DNA of 21,361 nt from a virus (lineage: Duplodnaviria; Heunggongvirae; Uroviricota; Caudoviricetes): IMG/VR virus record IMGVR_UViG_3300033121_001642, positions 64,001-85,361 of that record, one strand, 5' to 3'. A model generated the notes under the pieces. It was not told the origin of the DNA and ran no database searches. It saw only the letters and a list, made by a program, of their open reading frames with translations. Of this stretch, positions 1-8,698 are shown piece by piece. The translations under genes were made by a program, and so were the position numbers. Position 1 is the first letter of the stretch; every line of letters starts with the position of its first letter.

Positions 1-366
1 ATATGTAAAATTGAGGCGTCTTTTTCAAGTCTACAACTAACGAAGCAAGTTCAACATTTGTTATCAAGATTTGGTGTGTTTTCAACTTTTCAATCAAAGC
101 TAATCAACTCTAAACCAGAACATATTTTGGTTATAGGCAAAAACTCTTGTGTTCGTCGATTTGTTGATGAGATTGGTTTTGTAGGAAAAGACGAGGATAT
201 TCAAGAGATTGCTCGCAATGTTGATCTTGAAAAGGTTAGCGATTCTCCAATTTTTTCACCAATTGTATCTATTAAAAAGATTGGAGCGAAAAGAACCTTT
301 GATTTGATGGTTTCTTCGGACCCGTCTTTGCAGAATTTCTGTTCAAATGGTTTTATCTGCCATAAT
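1..366 (+). mobile_element. C-terminal part of an intein with LAGLIDADG-type homing endonuclease remnant
   Basis: Endonuclease-like segment SLQLTKQVQHLLSRFGVFS...FVDEIGF, block F (IVSIKKIGAKRTFDLMV) and block G (NFCSNGFICHN). His-Asn ends at base 366 and is followed by Ser (367-369) of SGKD. Confidence 0.9.
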
Positions 367-1917
367 AGCGGAAAAGACTTTCTTACGTCTATTATAGCTC
401 TTTACGAAGCAATGAGACTTCTTGAGTGCCCTGGTGGTAATCCTTATGCCGTCTATAAGCTCGGTATGGCAACTCCGTTTACTATTCTTACAATAGCAAA
501 CTCTACTCAGCAGGCAAAGATTTTGTTCCGAGAAATTAAGGACAAGGTTCTCAATAGCGACTATTTTAAGGATAAGGTTTTGCCAGAGGGTATTACTGCG
601 GACGCAATCCACTTCTTAACTCCCGAAGATAAACGAAGGAACGAGGAGTTGGTTGCCAAGGGGTTTTCTCCTGGTTTGGGTTCTATTGTTGTTCGATCAG
701 GACACAGTAACTCGGACAGCTTGGTAGGTATTTCTTGTTATGTTCTTTTGTTGGACGAGATTGGTTTGTATAAGAACACTGCCGGATCTTCTTCGGGCGA
801 TGCTATCTTTAACTCGCTTGCTCCCGCTGTAAAAACCTATATTAGAAAAGTTCCAAAGATTGACGCAGAAGGTAAGCCCATTCTTGACGCAAATGGGCAA
901 CAAGAGTTTGACAAGATTTATGACGGTAAGATTATTTGTCTTTCAACGCCAAGAGGTAAAGAAGGCATTTTTTACGACTTATATCAAAACCATGTTGGTG
1001 TTGATCATAGGCTTGTTTGCAGGGCTGCTACTTGGCAAGTTAATCCAATGCAATCAAAAGAAGCCCTTATTCAAGCCTTTCCTAGTATGCCCGAAGAAAA
1101 GTTCCGAATGGAGTTTGGAGCAGAGTTTTCGGGTACGGCTGGTGAAAACTTCTTTCCAGAAGAAGTTGTTGAAAGATGTTTCTCTGATAAAGTTTTGAAG
1201 TTTAGAGAAAGAGGAATCCCTGGCGTTTATTATTTTGCTCATTTGGACCCTGCAACCTCAAGCCATAACTATGCTTTGGTTCTTGCTCACAAAGAGGTTT
1301 TCTTTGATCAACCGACTTCTAGAAAAGAGTGGAGAATTGTTGTTGACCATATTAAATACTGGTCGCCCTTGCCTGGTAAACCAATATCGGTTGAGGAAGT
1401 TGACGAGTATGTTGCTGATTTGAACAGCAGATTCTGTCTTGGCGTTGTTACTTATGATCACTTTAATAGCCAAGAAAGTATAGCCAAGCTTAGAAAAAGA
1501 GGCGTTCCAACCAAGATGACGCCATATAACAAACAGTACAAGAATCTTATTTATGATAATTTGTACCAAATAGCCGTACAGGGTAAGTTGTTTATACCAA
1601 ATCATATTTTACTTAAGAACGAAATGAAGAATCTTCAAAGAAAATGGCTCGATAGCGGATATAAGGTTTACCCAAGAAAAGACGGAGATATCGTTACAGA
1701 CGATATTGTTGACGCTCTTGCAGGCGCTTGTTATAATTGTATTGAAAAAGACTTGAATAAACTTCCACAAGGAAAATTAGTCTCTTTGCCAGTACAAGGA
1801 ACTAACGATATAGTATGGAGATCTATGTCTGGACAGCCTTATGGAGTTGGACCTGGACAGCAGGTTGCTAGGAAATTGGAACAAAGAGCATCATACCCTC
1901 GAAGGGGAGGAATATAA
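1..1917 (+). CDS. terL: Phage terminase large subunit, intein-containing (5' partial)
   Basis: Frame is open from base 1. After the intein come the Walker A remnant SGKD, Walker B VLLLDEIG, motif III LSTPRGKEGIFYDLY, and RNase H-like nuclease motifs AHLDPATS, TYDHFNS and DDIVDALAGA. Confidence 0.93.
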   Translation: MCKIEASFSSLQLTKQVQHLLSRFGVFSTFQSKLINSKPEHILVIGKNSCVRRFVDEIGFVGKDEDIQEIARNVDLEKVSDSPIFSPIVSIKKIGAKRTFDLMVSSDPSLQNFCSNGFICHNSGKDFLTSIIALYEAMRLLECPGGNPYAVYKLGMATPFTILTIANSTQQAKILFREIKDKVLNSDYFKDKVLPEGITADAIHFLTPEDKRRNEELVAKGFSPGLGSIVVRSGHSNSDSLVGISCYVLLLDEIGLYKNTAGSSSGDAIFNSLAPAVKTYIRKVPKIDAEGKPILDANGQQEFDKIYDGKIICLSTPRGKEGIFYDLYQNHVGVDHRLVCRAATWQVNPMQSKEALIQAFPSMPEEKFRMEFGAEFSGTAGENFFPEEVVERCFSDKVLKFRERGIPGVYYFAHLDPATSSHNYALVLAHKEVFFDQPTSRKEWRIVVDHIKYWSPLPGKPISVEEVDEYVADLNSRFCLGVVTYDHFNSQESIAKLRKRGVPTKMTPYNKQYKNLIYDNLYQIAVQGKLFIPNHILLKNEMKNLQRKWLDSGYKVYPRKDGDIVTDDIVDALAGACYNCIEKDLNKLPQGKLVSLPVQGTNDIVWRSMSGQPYGVGPGQQVARKLEQRASYPRRGGI

Positions 1918-1918
1918 A

Positions 1919-3088
1919 ATGACTTTTAATTTGAAAAAAGCACAAGTAATCAACAACAGCGTAACGCCTCAGTCGGCTGCTGTTCCGTCTCATTCTAAGA
2001 AGTATAATCTTTCGTTAGAGGGAAGCGGCATCAAGTCCATTAATGGACTTCTTGAGGTAGACCGTCGTTCTTTGGGCGAAAGTCCGGAGACCCACGAGGG
2101 TCTTTTGAATGAGGCTCGTCGCAAGGCCTCTGTTTCGGAAAAAATAACAGAAGGAGCAATAGAGGACGCTAATTCTCCTCTATATCCTCATAGACAGTTT
2201 AAGGGCGGAGAAGATAACTATGTTGTTTCTCCGATCGACGCTCTTGCTCATGCTAATGATAGAAAGTTTAGAGACGCCTTTTCAAAGGCGAACAAGGGAT
2301 CAGACACTTCTTTTTGGGACAAGTTTGTAGGCGCTCAGCTTGATGGCGAGCCAACAAAGGTTATGCTTAACTTACCAGAAAAGGGCAGTCAGCTACAAAA
2401 TAGTCCTCATAGATTCGGAAATCTTGACGGCCTTCCTCATGATCCCGATGCAGCAACAAACAGAGAACGTTTTGGCAAAGAGCCTGACATCAAGCCAATG
2501 AATAAGAAAGAAAAACCAATTGAGATTACGGCTTCCCTAAAGAGTGCAGATAAGCTTTTGTTTGGTATTTATCTTAAAGCAAATAGAGAGGGCAGGGATC
2601 TTACCGCTTCGGAAAAAGAGATTGTTTCAGCGATCAACAATGATAAAGTAAATATTCTTATGTCTTTGGCTCAAACAGAAGATCCCCTTTCTGCTGATCC
2701 TAATAATCCTCCATTTGAACCTAATGTTTCTCCAGCGCCAGAACCTTCTGTGAATCCTCAGGATAGAGAAGCTGATTTTATGGACGGAAATCCAACAGTT
2801 AGCGGCGACGAGCATTATTGGGCAACACAAAGCGGTTTCTCGCCCCCTGTTGATGACATGGCCGATCCGAACGCCGCTGTCGATCCTAATGCCTCTATTG
2901 ACCCGAACGATGATTCTGGATTTGATTTCCCTGAACCTATGTCTGGGATTTCTGGAGTAACAAGTAGAGATGTTTCTTACACTGGAGGAATTGGTCAAAC
3001 AACTCCAAGCGAGCCAGAGTCTCCTGTTGATAACGCAATTGGTCTTCCAAATCCACAAGAGGATACCGTTGACGATGCTCCCTTTTAA
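1919..3088 (+). CDS. Hypothetical protein with FNLKKAQ leader and acidic Pro/Asp-rich C-terminal tail; probable head-associated protein
   Basis: GGAGG at 1906-1910 precedes ATG 1919, so the start is revised from the track's 1841. The C-terminal third is low complexity (DPNAAVDPNASIDPND). Confidence 0.8.
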   Translation: MTFNLKKAQVINNSVTPQSAAVPSHSKKYNLSLEGSGIKSINGLLEVDRRSLGESPETHEGLLNEARRKASVSEKITEGAIEDANSPLYPHRQFKGGEDNYVVSPIDALAHANDRKFRDAFSKANKGSDTSFWDKFVGAQLDGEPTKVMLNLPEKGSQLQNSPHRFGNLDGLPHDPDAATNRERFGKEPDIKPMNKKEKPIEITASLKSADKLLFGIYLKANREGRDLTASEKEIVSAINNDKVNILMSLAQTEDPLSADPNNPPFEPNVSPAPEPSVNPQDREADFMDGNPTVSGDEHYWATQSGFSPPVDDMADPNAAVDPNASIDPNDDSGFDFPEPMSGISGVTSRDVSYTGGIGQTTPSEPESPVDNAIGLPNPQEDTVDDAPF

Positions 3089-3515
3089 TCTATCTAAAAT
3101 AGCTCGAACAAATCCGCCAACCGCATTCGACCCTTCATCTCCTTTGTTGAATGATCCTTATAGAAGGTCAAAAGGAAAGCCGAATAGCGGTGCGGGTGAT
3201 GATCTTTTAAGACCAGGCGAAACCGGCGGTGGTCCTTTGTCTCAAAACAAAGACTGGCCTACAGACCAGCCTTTTATAACAGACGACGAAGATCGTCCAA
3301 AGAATGATAACGGAACTGGTATTGTAACTGATTATGGTTTAGAATTGCATGACGACTACCAGGGCCAAGGCGGTTCTTCTGGCTCGGACGCAGCTTTGGG
3401 AAGAAATCAGACAGTTATTCGACAGATAGACGATAATAGAGACAGAAAACCATTCAATTTGAATAGCGGAGATGGCGTACTTAGAGGCCTTAGAAAAAGA
3501 CTTAGAAGCATATAA
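3075..3515 (+). CDS. Hypothetical protein with PFNLSKIAR leader
   Basis: ATG 3075 has GAGGA upstream and overlaps the previous stop, so the start is revised from the track's 2970. G/D/P-rich. Confidence 0.72.
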   Translation: MLPFNLSKIARTNPPTAFDPSSPLLNDPYRRSKGKPNSGAGDDLLRPGETGGGPLSQNKDWPTDQPFITDDEDRPKNDNGTGIVTDYGLELHDDYQGQGGSSGSDAALGRNQTVIRQIDDNRDRKPFNLNSGDGVLRGLRKRLRSI

Positions 3516-3526
3516 GGAAAAAACAC

Positions 3527-4132
3527 ATGAAGATCAAAGTTGCAGATAGCGTAAAGGGTAAGTTGAACATAATTGGGCTGACAGGAACTCTTTTAGCAGG
3601 GCAAGAGGCCGATCTAACGAAAGAGCAGTTTTCGTCTTATCAGGTACAGAGTTTATTAAAGAGCGGTGTTTTGCAATCAAGTAGTTATAAACCTTCGGCT
3701 AACTTGCAATATAAGAACAATACTGGTAATAAGGTTAGAATGCCTTGGGGACAGATTATTGGACCCAATCAAGCATTTGATGTTGAGCTTGAAAACTCGT
3801 CTTCTGTTCGTTTTTTGAATCTTATCAAAGAAGGGTTTATATCTCAGTTTGATAAACCAAAAACGGAAGAGGGGAAGCCAAAAATTGTAAAAGAGAAAAA
3901 ATCTAAAACTGTTGATAAACTTCCAAAGAACACGAAAGACGTTGTTGATTCTCAAAAACCCCCAAAAGATACTTATATTCACGATCCTAATGTAAAAACA
4001 AAGGCTTATGTTGAAAATAGAATTTCCGAAATTGAAAAAGATCTTGAAGAAGGTAATTTTGTAGATAAGAAGCAAACAAGAGATAGACTTTTAAAAATGC
4101 AAAACAGTTTAAGGAATCAACAGAAAGAATAA
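3527..4132 (+). CDS. Hypothetical protein with two tandem ~50-aa modules and Lys-rich C-terminal half
   Basis: AAGGA precedes ATG. Two similar segments end in LLKSGVL and LIKEGFI. Confidence 0.78.
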   Translation: MKIKVADSVKGKLNIIGLTGTLLAGQEADLTKEQFSSYQVQSLLKSGVLQSSSYKPSANLQYKNNTGNKVRMPWGQIIGPNQAFDVELENSSSVRFLNLIKEGFISQFDKPKTEEGKPKIVKEKKSKTVDKLPKNTKDVVDSQKPPKDTYIHDPNVKTKAYVENRISEIEKDLEEGNFVDKKQTRDRLLKMQNSLRNQQKE

Positions 4133-4135
4133 TAA

Positions 4136-4753
4136 ATGTTACAATTAGCTTCAAAAAATGTTCCTAAGAACTGGCTTAGAAGGAGAAAGAAGGACCAAGT
4201 AAAGCTAACGACTTACTGGTCTAATCTTTATCCTGAAGATTATGCCAAGAAAATGACTGCTGATTATCAGAAGCAGTCTGCTATTTTTTTTGAAGGACTG
4301 AGTAAGTTTGCTAACGAAGCAAGGGACGTTGTTTTTGTTGGAGAGCTTAGACAAACCCAAGACGGGTTTGTTTATGTGGATGTTCCAAATTCTATATTTG
4401 CTGGATTTATGCCTTTCTTAGGGGACGAGGTTGAAAAGCCGCCTAAGAATGAAAGACATTATGATGATATTGGCGCTCATATAACGGTTATAAAGACTAA
4501 AGAGATTACTGAACGAGGTATTCAGTTTGAAGACGTAGGTAAAAATGTAAATTACAAAATAACCGGAGTTGAACAAGTTGACAATCCTGACGGTTGGGAA
4601 GAAATGCAGTCTGTCTGGTTCTTGAAGGTTGAGGCTCCTCAACTTGAAAAACTAAGACAAAAGTATGGCTTATCGCCAAGGATAAAAGACCATGATTTCC
4701 ATATCACTCTTGCAGTCAAGAGAAGACCGATAGAGGACACGACCCTTGTATGA
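4136..4753 (+). CDS. 2H phosphoesterase superfamily protein with N-terminal extension
   Basis: Two HxT-hydrophobic motifs, GAHITV (His codon 4478) and DFHITL (His codon 4700), about 74 aa apart. WFLKV..PQLEKLRQKYGL precedes the second motif. Confidence 0.85.
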   Translation: MLQLASKNVPKNWLRRRKKDQVKLTTYWSNLYPEDYAKKMTADYQKQSAIFFEGLSKFANEARDVVFVGELRQTQDGFVYVDVPNSIFAGFMPFLGDEVEKPPKNERHYDDIGAHITVIKTKEITERGIQFEDVGKNVNYKITGVEQVDNPDGWEEMQSVWFLKVEAPQLEKLRQKYGLSPRIKDHDFHITLAVKRRPIEDTTLV

Positions 4754-5483
4754 CGAAATCAAAAAAGAACTACTAATTCATAACATTGCTCTAAAAGGCA
4801 ATGGCATTGTTTCTTTTGATAAAAAGAACCTTCCGGTTTCTCACTGTGCGGGGTTGTTAAAAGCTAAGGCCAAAGCTTCTTATGAAGTTGTTGAGAAACT
4901 TTGGGACGAGGTTTGCTCTCTTCTGACTGAAGAGACAGAGACTAAAACAAACCCACCTGAGGGTATTGACGGTGTTTTTGTTCATGCTTTACAGGGCCTT
5001 TATAGACTGCTTTATTTGTATCCTGGTCTTCTTAGATTTGATGATATTCAAAAACAAGTTGGACGGGCTTTGTGTAGAGATATCAACTCTTTTTCGTATA
5101 GAGTGATGTCTAAAATCATAGAGTACAAGCTTGGCATTGAGTGGGTAAGCCATTTGATTGCCAAGAATCTTTATCTTAGAGCTTTGCTTTTGGTTGTTCA
5201 ATATCCAAAACAGAAAGAGGTTTCTGCAAAAGGGGTTCATGGACCTTATTCTAATTTAGATATTCCAATGCAAGAAAGGGTCTTCTCTTGGTCGGCTATT
5301 GATGAAGAGACCAGAGGAAGAGATCGAGATATTAGGAATCAAAGAAGATATAGAATGGGTCTTGAAGGATACAATGACCCTTGGGTTAATGAAGGTTTCA
5401 AGTGGAGAGAACTTCGTAACGAGCCGTATTTGTGGGGAAAAGAAGGCGAGAGTCCTTATCCTAGAGGTTCTATGAGACCATGA
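4746..5483 (+). CDS. Hypothetical protein with Trp/Arg/Glu-rich C-terminal domain
   Basis: TTG start with GAGG upstream, coupled to the previous stop. 245-aa ORF in the operon. Confidence 0.75.
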   Translation: MYDEIKKELLIHNIALKGNGIVSFDKKNLPVSHCAGLLKAKAKASYEVVEKLWDEVCSLLTEETETKTNPPEGIDGVFVHALQGLYRLLYLYPGLLRFDDIQKQVGRALCRDINSFSYRVMSKIIEYKLGIEWVSHLIAKNLYLRALLLVVQYPKQKEVSAKGVHGPYSNLDIPMQERVFSWSAIDEETRGRDRDIRNQRRYRMGLEGYNDPWVNEGFKWRELRNEPYLWGKEGESPYPRGSMRP

Positions 5484-5719
5484 GTAATTGGTATAAAACA
5501 TCTCAAGTACAAACTCTAAAGTTTGATCCAAAAAGGCTTAAGAATCCTAATCAACCTAATCAAATAGATCCGAGGGTTAGGACGTTTCAACAAGCTTTTA
5601 CGACATTAGGCCTAAATGGTATAACTCAACTTTCTCAGGCAGATGTTATGGCTCTTGATTCTATACAGATGGAAATAAGAAAGAAGCTCCGTTCTTTTGG
5701 AGTTCAAGTGGGGTTCTAA
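5480..5719 (+). CDS. Small hypothetical protein (MSNWYKTSQ leader)
   Basis: ATGA overlap with the upstream gene. 79 aa, fills the operon gap. Confidence 0.7.
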   Translation: MSNWYKTSQVQTLKFDPKRLKNPNQPNQIDPRVRTFQQAFTTLGLNGITQLSQADVMALDSIQMEIRKKLRSFGVQVGF

Positions 5720-5720
5720 T

Positions 5721-6104
5721 ATGCAAAAAACTGCTCAACAATCTTTGATTGATATACTCATACAAATAATGCCGGCCTTGCAAGACGCAAGAGCGAGGCT
5801 TGTCAATAGGGGCGATGGTGTCAATAAGCAACTCTATTCTATGTGGTCCGATACAGGGAAGCTGTCAAATCGTAAGTTTTTGAAACCTGCAAATTTGGCT
5901 TCTGGCGAACTCAAGAAAATGGTAGAATCTGGTCTTGTCGAAGATCAAGGAAAGTACCTTAAGGTTACAGAGAAGGGCGCTCAAGCCTTAAAGGTAATGA
6001 TTCTTAATGATGATTCTTTTGCTTTAGAGAAGAGAGCGTCAAAAGAAGAAATTACTGGATGGTACTTGAGAGTCAAGAATGCAGACCTTACTTTTACAGA
6101 TTGA
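5721..6104 (+). CDS. Hypothetical protein with winged-helix-like C-terminal half
   Basis: ATG lies 1 nt after the upstream stop, so the start is revised from 5697. LKKMVESGLVEDQGKYLKVTEKGAQAL matches the recognition-helix/wing pattern (GLV...xTxKG) of winged-helix domains. Confidence 0.65.
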   Translation: MQKTAQQSLIDILIQIMPALQDARARLVNRGDGVNKQLYSMWSDTGKLSNRKFLKPANLASGELKKMVESGLVEDQGKYLKVTEKGAQALKVMILNDDSFALEKRASKEEITGWYLRVKNADLTFTD

Positions 6105-6441
6105 GAAAAAAAGAGTCAAGAAAGCACAGAAAGTCGAATCGACTCATTTTTGGTACAATCCAGAAACGGAGTCGATAGAAGCTCATCGTTGCGGTAAGCT
6201 TTCTTTTGTTTTTGATATTCAAACCGCTCGTTTAATGCCAAAACCTGAAGATGTTTATATCAATGTCTATACAGAGGTTAGCAATAAACAAGATATAGAG
6301 AAATGGATTCAAATTCATAATGATTATGTTGTTATTAATTCTGATTCTAGTTCTATGAATCAAATTGCTATCAACGTTGACGACAATGACGTTGGTTTTA
6401 TTCAGCAGTCATTGATTTTCGCAGGTATTAGATACGATTGA
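6079..6441 (+). CDS. Hypothetical protein
   Basis: 120-aa ORF overlapping the upstream gene by 26 nt. Exact start uncertain. Confidence 0.65.
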   Translation: MQTLLLQIEKKRVKKAQKVESTHFWYNPETESIEAHRCGKLSFVFDIQTARLMPKPEDVYINVYTEVSNKQDIEKWIQIHNDYVVINSDSSSMNQIAINVDDNDVGFIQQSLIFAGIRYD

Positions 6442-7695
6442 ATCGTATACTTCCAGATATTTCTTTGCGCAAATATCCCAATTATTGTCTTGAACGAATT
6501 TATAACCATTTTCAACAATAGAGTCTCTATACTCTTTTGAATTAAATATTGTATTTATTTCGTTTGCAAGTTCAATATGGTTTTTTGGTCTTGGTATAAT
6601 GCCTTCTAAATCATCAAATAGATGACTTTCGCTGGCTAGTACGGGTCTTTTATTTGCAAGAGCGATTCTTATTGCTCCGCTAGCGCCAAAAACCTCATTT
6701 GACGGATCTATGATGTAAGGGAAGATTGCAATCTTGGCAAGTCTGAGATAAAGATTTATCATTTCTTCGGTTTGATATTTCTGTATTATGACAATGTTAT
6801 TTTCTATGTCAAGTTCTTTTGCAAGATTCATTAGTCTTTTGCAGTATTCCGTATTAGCCGCTAGGTTGTGACTATTTGTACTGCATAGATAAATATATTG
6901 AATGTTTTGGTATTTTTTTTCTATAGATTTGAGTTGAGCGATTGCCATTAAAGCCCTATCAACCCCTTTATATGAAAATCCAAAGCCAAATTGTAGAACA
7001 GTATAAGGGTTTGTGCATATATTCCACAGTTCGTTTGTATTTTTAAAACTAATACAACCATGCGGAATGACATATGTATTGCTTGTGTTGCCGATCTCTT
7101 TGAGAGATTTTTTGGCTTCATTCGTATGAACGATAATATCTTTTGCTGATTCGCTGTAAACAGCTTTATCAAGATGTTTGTAAACGCTATGCATTACGAC
7201 AACATATGGTATTTTGTCAAAAGCTTGCATGAGTTGCATAAACTTGAAGGCGTTTGGAAAGATGCCGTATTCATGTTGTATTATAATGAAATCAGGGGCG
7301 TAGTCTTTGACTAGATTAATAAGATTTTGAACATCTTCTCCTCTTCTCCAGCAACGTGTCATGCCCTTTTCTTGGATATCGACGCTACCCTCAACATACT
7401 CGGAGAATATGGCAATATCTTTAACTTGATTTCTAAGAGAATCAACAAGAAATTGGCTATAAGTTGATATGCCGCATTTATCTTTCCAATTGCATATGAT
7501 AGCAACCCTGAGTTCGCTGTGATTCTTTTTTACCCTGGCTCCGATTTGCTCGGCGATCTTTTTGGGAAGTTTTTTATATATTTGTCTATTCCAGTTTTTA
7601 TTATTTGGCACAGATACCATACCAAGGCCTTCGCTCTTAACTGGTTTTGTGGATACAATTCTTATGATATAGTCTTTATCATATAATAGATACAT
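6409..7695 (-). CDS. Glycosyltransferase, GT-B fold, family 4-like, with ~60-aa N-terminal extension
   Basis: CGISTYS, IIIQHEYGIF, IIVHT, VIPHG, FGFGFSYKGVD, IAIFPY, ASGAIRIALANKRPVLAS. AAGGAG RBS upstream. Confidence 0.9.
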   Translation of the reverse strand: MYLLYDKDYIIRIVSTKPVKSEGLGMVSVPNNKNWNRQIYKKLPKKIAEQIGARVKKNHSELRVAIICNWKDKCGISTYSQFLVDSLRNQVKDIAIFSEYVEGSVDIQEKGMTRCWRRGEDVQNLINLVKDYAPDFIIIQHEYGIFPNAFKFMQLMQAFDKIPYVVVMHSVYKHLDKAVYSESAKDIIVHTNEAKKSLKEIGNTSNTYVIPHGCISFKNTNELWNICTNPYTVLQFGFGFSYKGVDRALMAIAQLKSIEKKYQNIQYIYLCSTNSHNLAANTEYCKRLMNLAKELDIENNIVIIQKYQTEEMINLYLRLAKIAIFPYIIDPSNEVFGASGAIRIALANKRPVLASESHLFDDLEGIIPRPKNHIELANEINTIFNSKEYRDSIVENGYKFVQDNNWDICAKKYLEVYDSIVSNTCENQ

Positions 7696-7708
7696 AGTTA
7701 ATCACTCC

Positions 7709-8698
7709 TTAAGTTAAGACGATTCGTTTATTTAGTTCTCTTAGCAAAAGCTTGTTTATTGAAACAAGGCTTCCTATTTCTTCTTTATTTTCAATACTAA
7801 ATATTGCATTTTTTAAAATTAGTTTTGCTTTTGCAATATTGAAATCTTCATATCCAACGGAAGCTTTTTCGTATTTTATAGTTTCAAGAAAGTATTTGTT
7901 TTTATGGCTATGAGTAATATCGAGAAAAGGCGTTTCTGTTGCGCAACTAAATATTGACGAGTGTAATCTTGTGCTTACAACAGCATCGCTTGCTGAAATG
8001 ATGTCAAGAGTTTCTTGAACATCAAGTTCGTTATAAATCATACAGTTCTTTTTCCACCACTTACATTTTACAGCAACCATGCCGTTAGCGATCCTGTCGT
8101 CCCAGGGTTGCTTTGTTCCGAATGGTACAAATATGAAACTTGCCGGTGTTTCGTCTATTGCGATTGAGAGATCAAAGCAGAATCGATCAAATCTTGATTG
8201 TTCATAAGCTGTTGTTCCGTGAGCAGGAACTAAATGTCCGTTGATTACTATTGCAACTTTCTTTTGATAGAGGTCGCTTCTATTTTTAACAAAATATTCC
8301 TCAATTAGAGAGGCACCTCTTTCTTTGTTGCCTTCAAGGATGAAAGAAAAATCAGGATACAGTAAGCATTCAACGCCTATTTCGGATAGTCTTTTTACCG
8401 ACTCTTGATCCCGAACTATAATTGTTCTAAAGCCATTGAATTTTTCTTTATCTTGTTTCTTGGAAACCGTTACAGACATTATATGCTTAGGTTTATCGAT
8501 GGTGACAAATTTATCAAGAAGTTTTTTTGTTAAGATATCTCCGCCTCCAATAATGTAGGCGTCAGCGTCTTTTATGGGCCAATCGGAAAATACAAAGTTA
8601 TGATCTGGAAAAATCTTTGGAAATGCTAGTTTATAACTTTCATCTCCGCAGTTATATTTATTATACCATCCAACAATATTTACTGTATTGCTATCCAT
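7709..8698 (-). CDS. Polysaccharide pyruvyl transferase family protein
   Basis: GWYNKYNCGDE, IIGGGDIL, IIVRDQES, YPDFSF and VVSTRLHSSIFS are typical of this family. AGGA RBS upstream. Confidence 0.88.
   Translation of the reverse strand: MDSNTVNIVGWYNKYNCGDESYKLAFPKIFPDHNFVFSDWPIKDADAYIIGGGDILTKKLLDKFVTIDKPKHIMSVTVSKKQDKEKFNGFRTIIVRDQESVKRLSEIGVECLLYPDFSFILEGNKERGASLIEEYFVKNRSDLYQKKVAIVINGHLVPAHGTTAYEQSRFDRFCFDLSIAIDETPASFIFVPFGTKQPWDDRIANGMVAVKCKWWKKNCMIYNELDVQETLDIISASDAVVSTRLHSSIFSCATETPFLDITHSHKNKYFLETIKYEKASVGYEDFNIAKAKLILKNAIFSIENKEEIGSLVSINKLLLRELNKRIVLT

Noticed and set aside
1841-5720. Longer upstream starts in the track (1841, 2970, 5697) and TTG 58 for the terminase
   Set aside because: Downstream ATGs have better RBS or coupling and begin with the shared leader motif. 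The terminase frame is open to base 1.
6913-6920. A8 run (minus strand) in the GT gene as a frameshift or phase-variation site
   Set aside because: The ORF is intact through it (IEKKY) and no useful alternative-frame product is evident.
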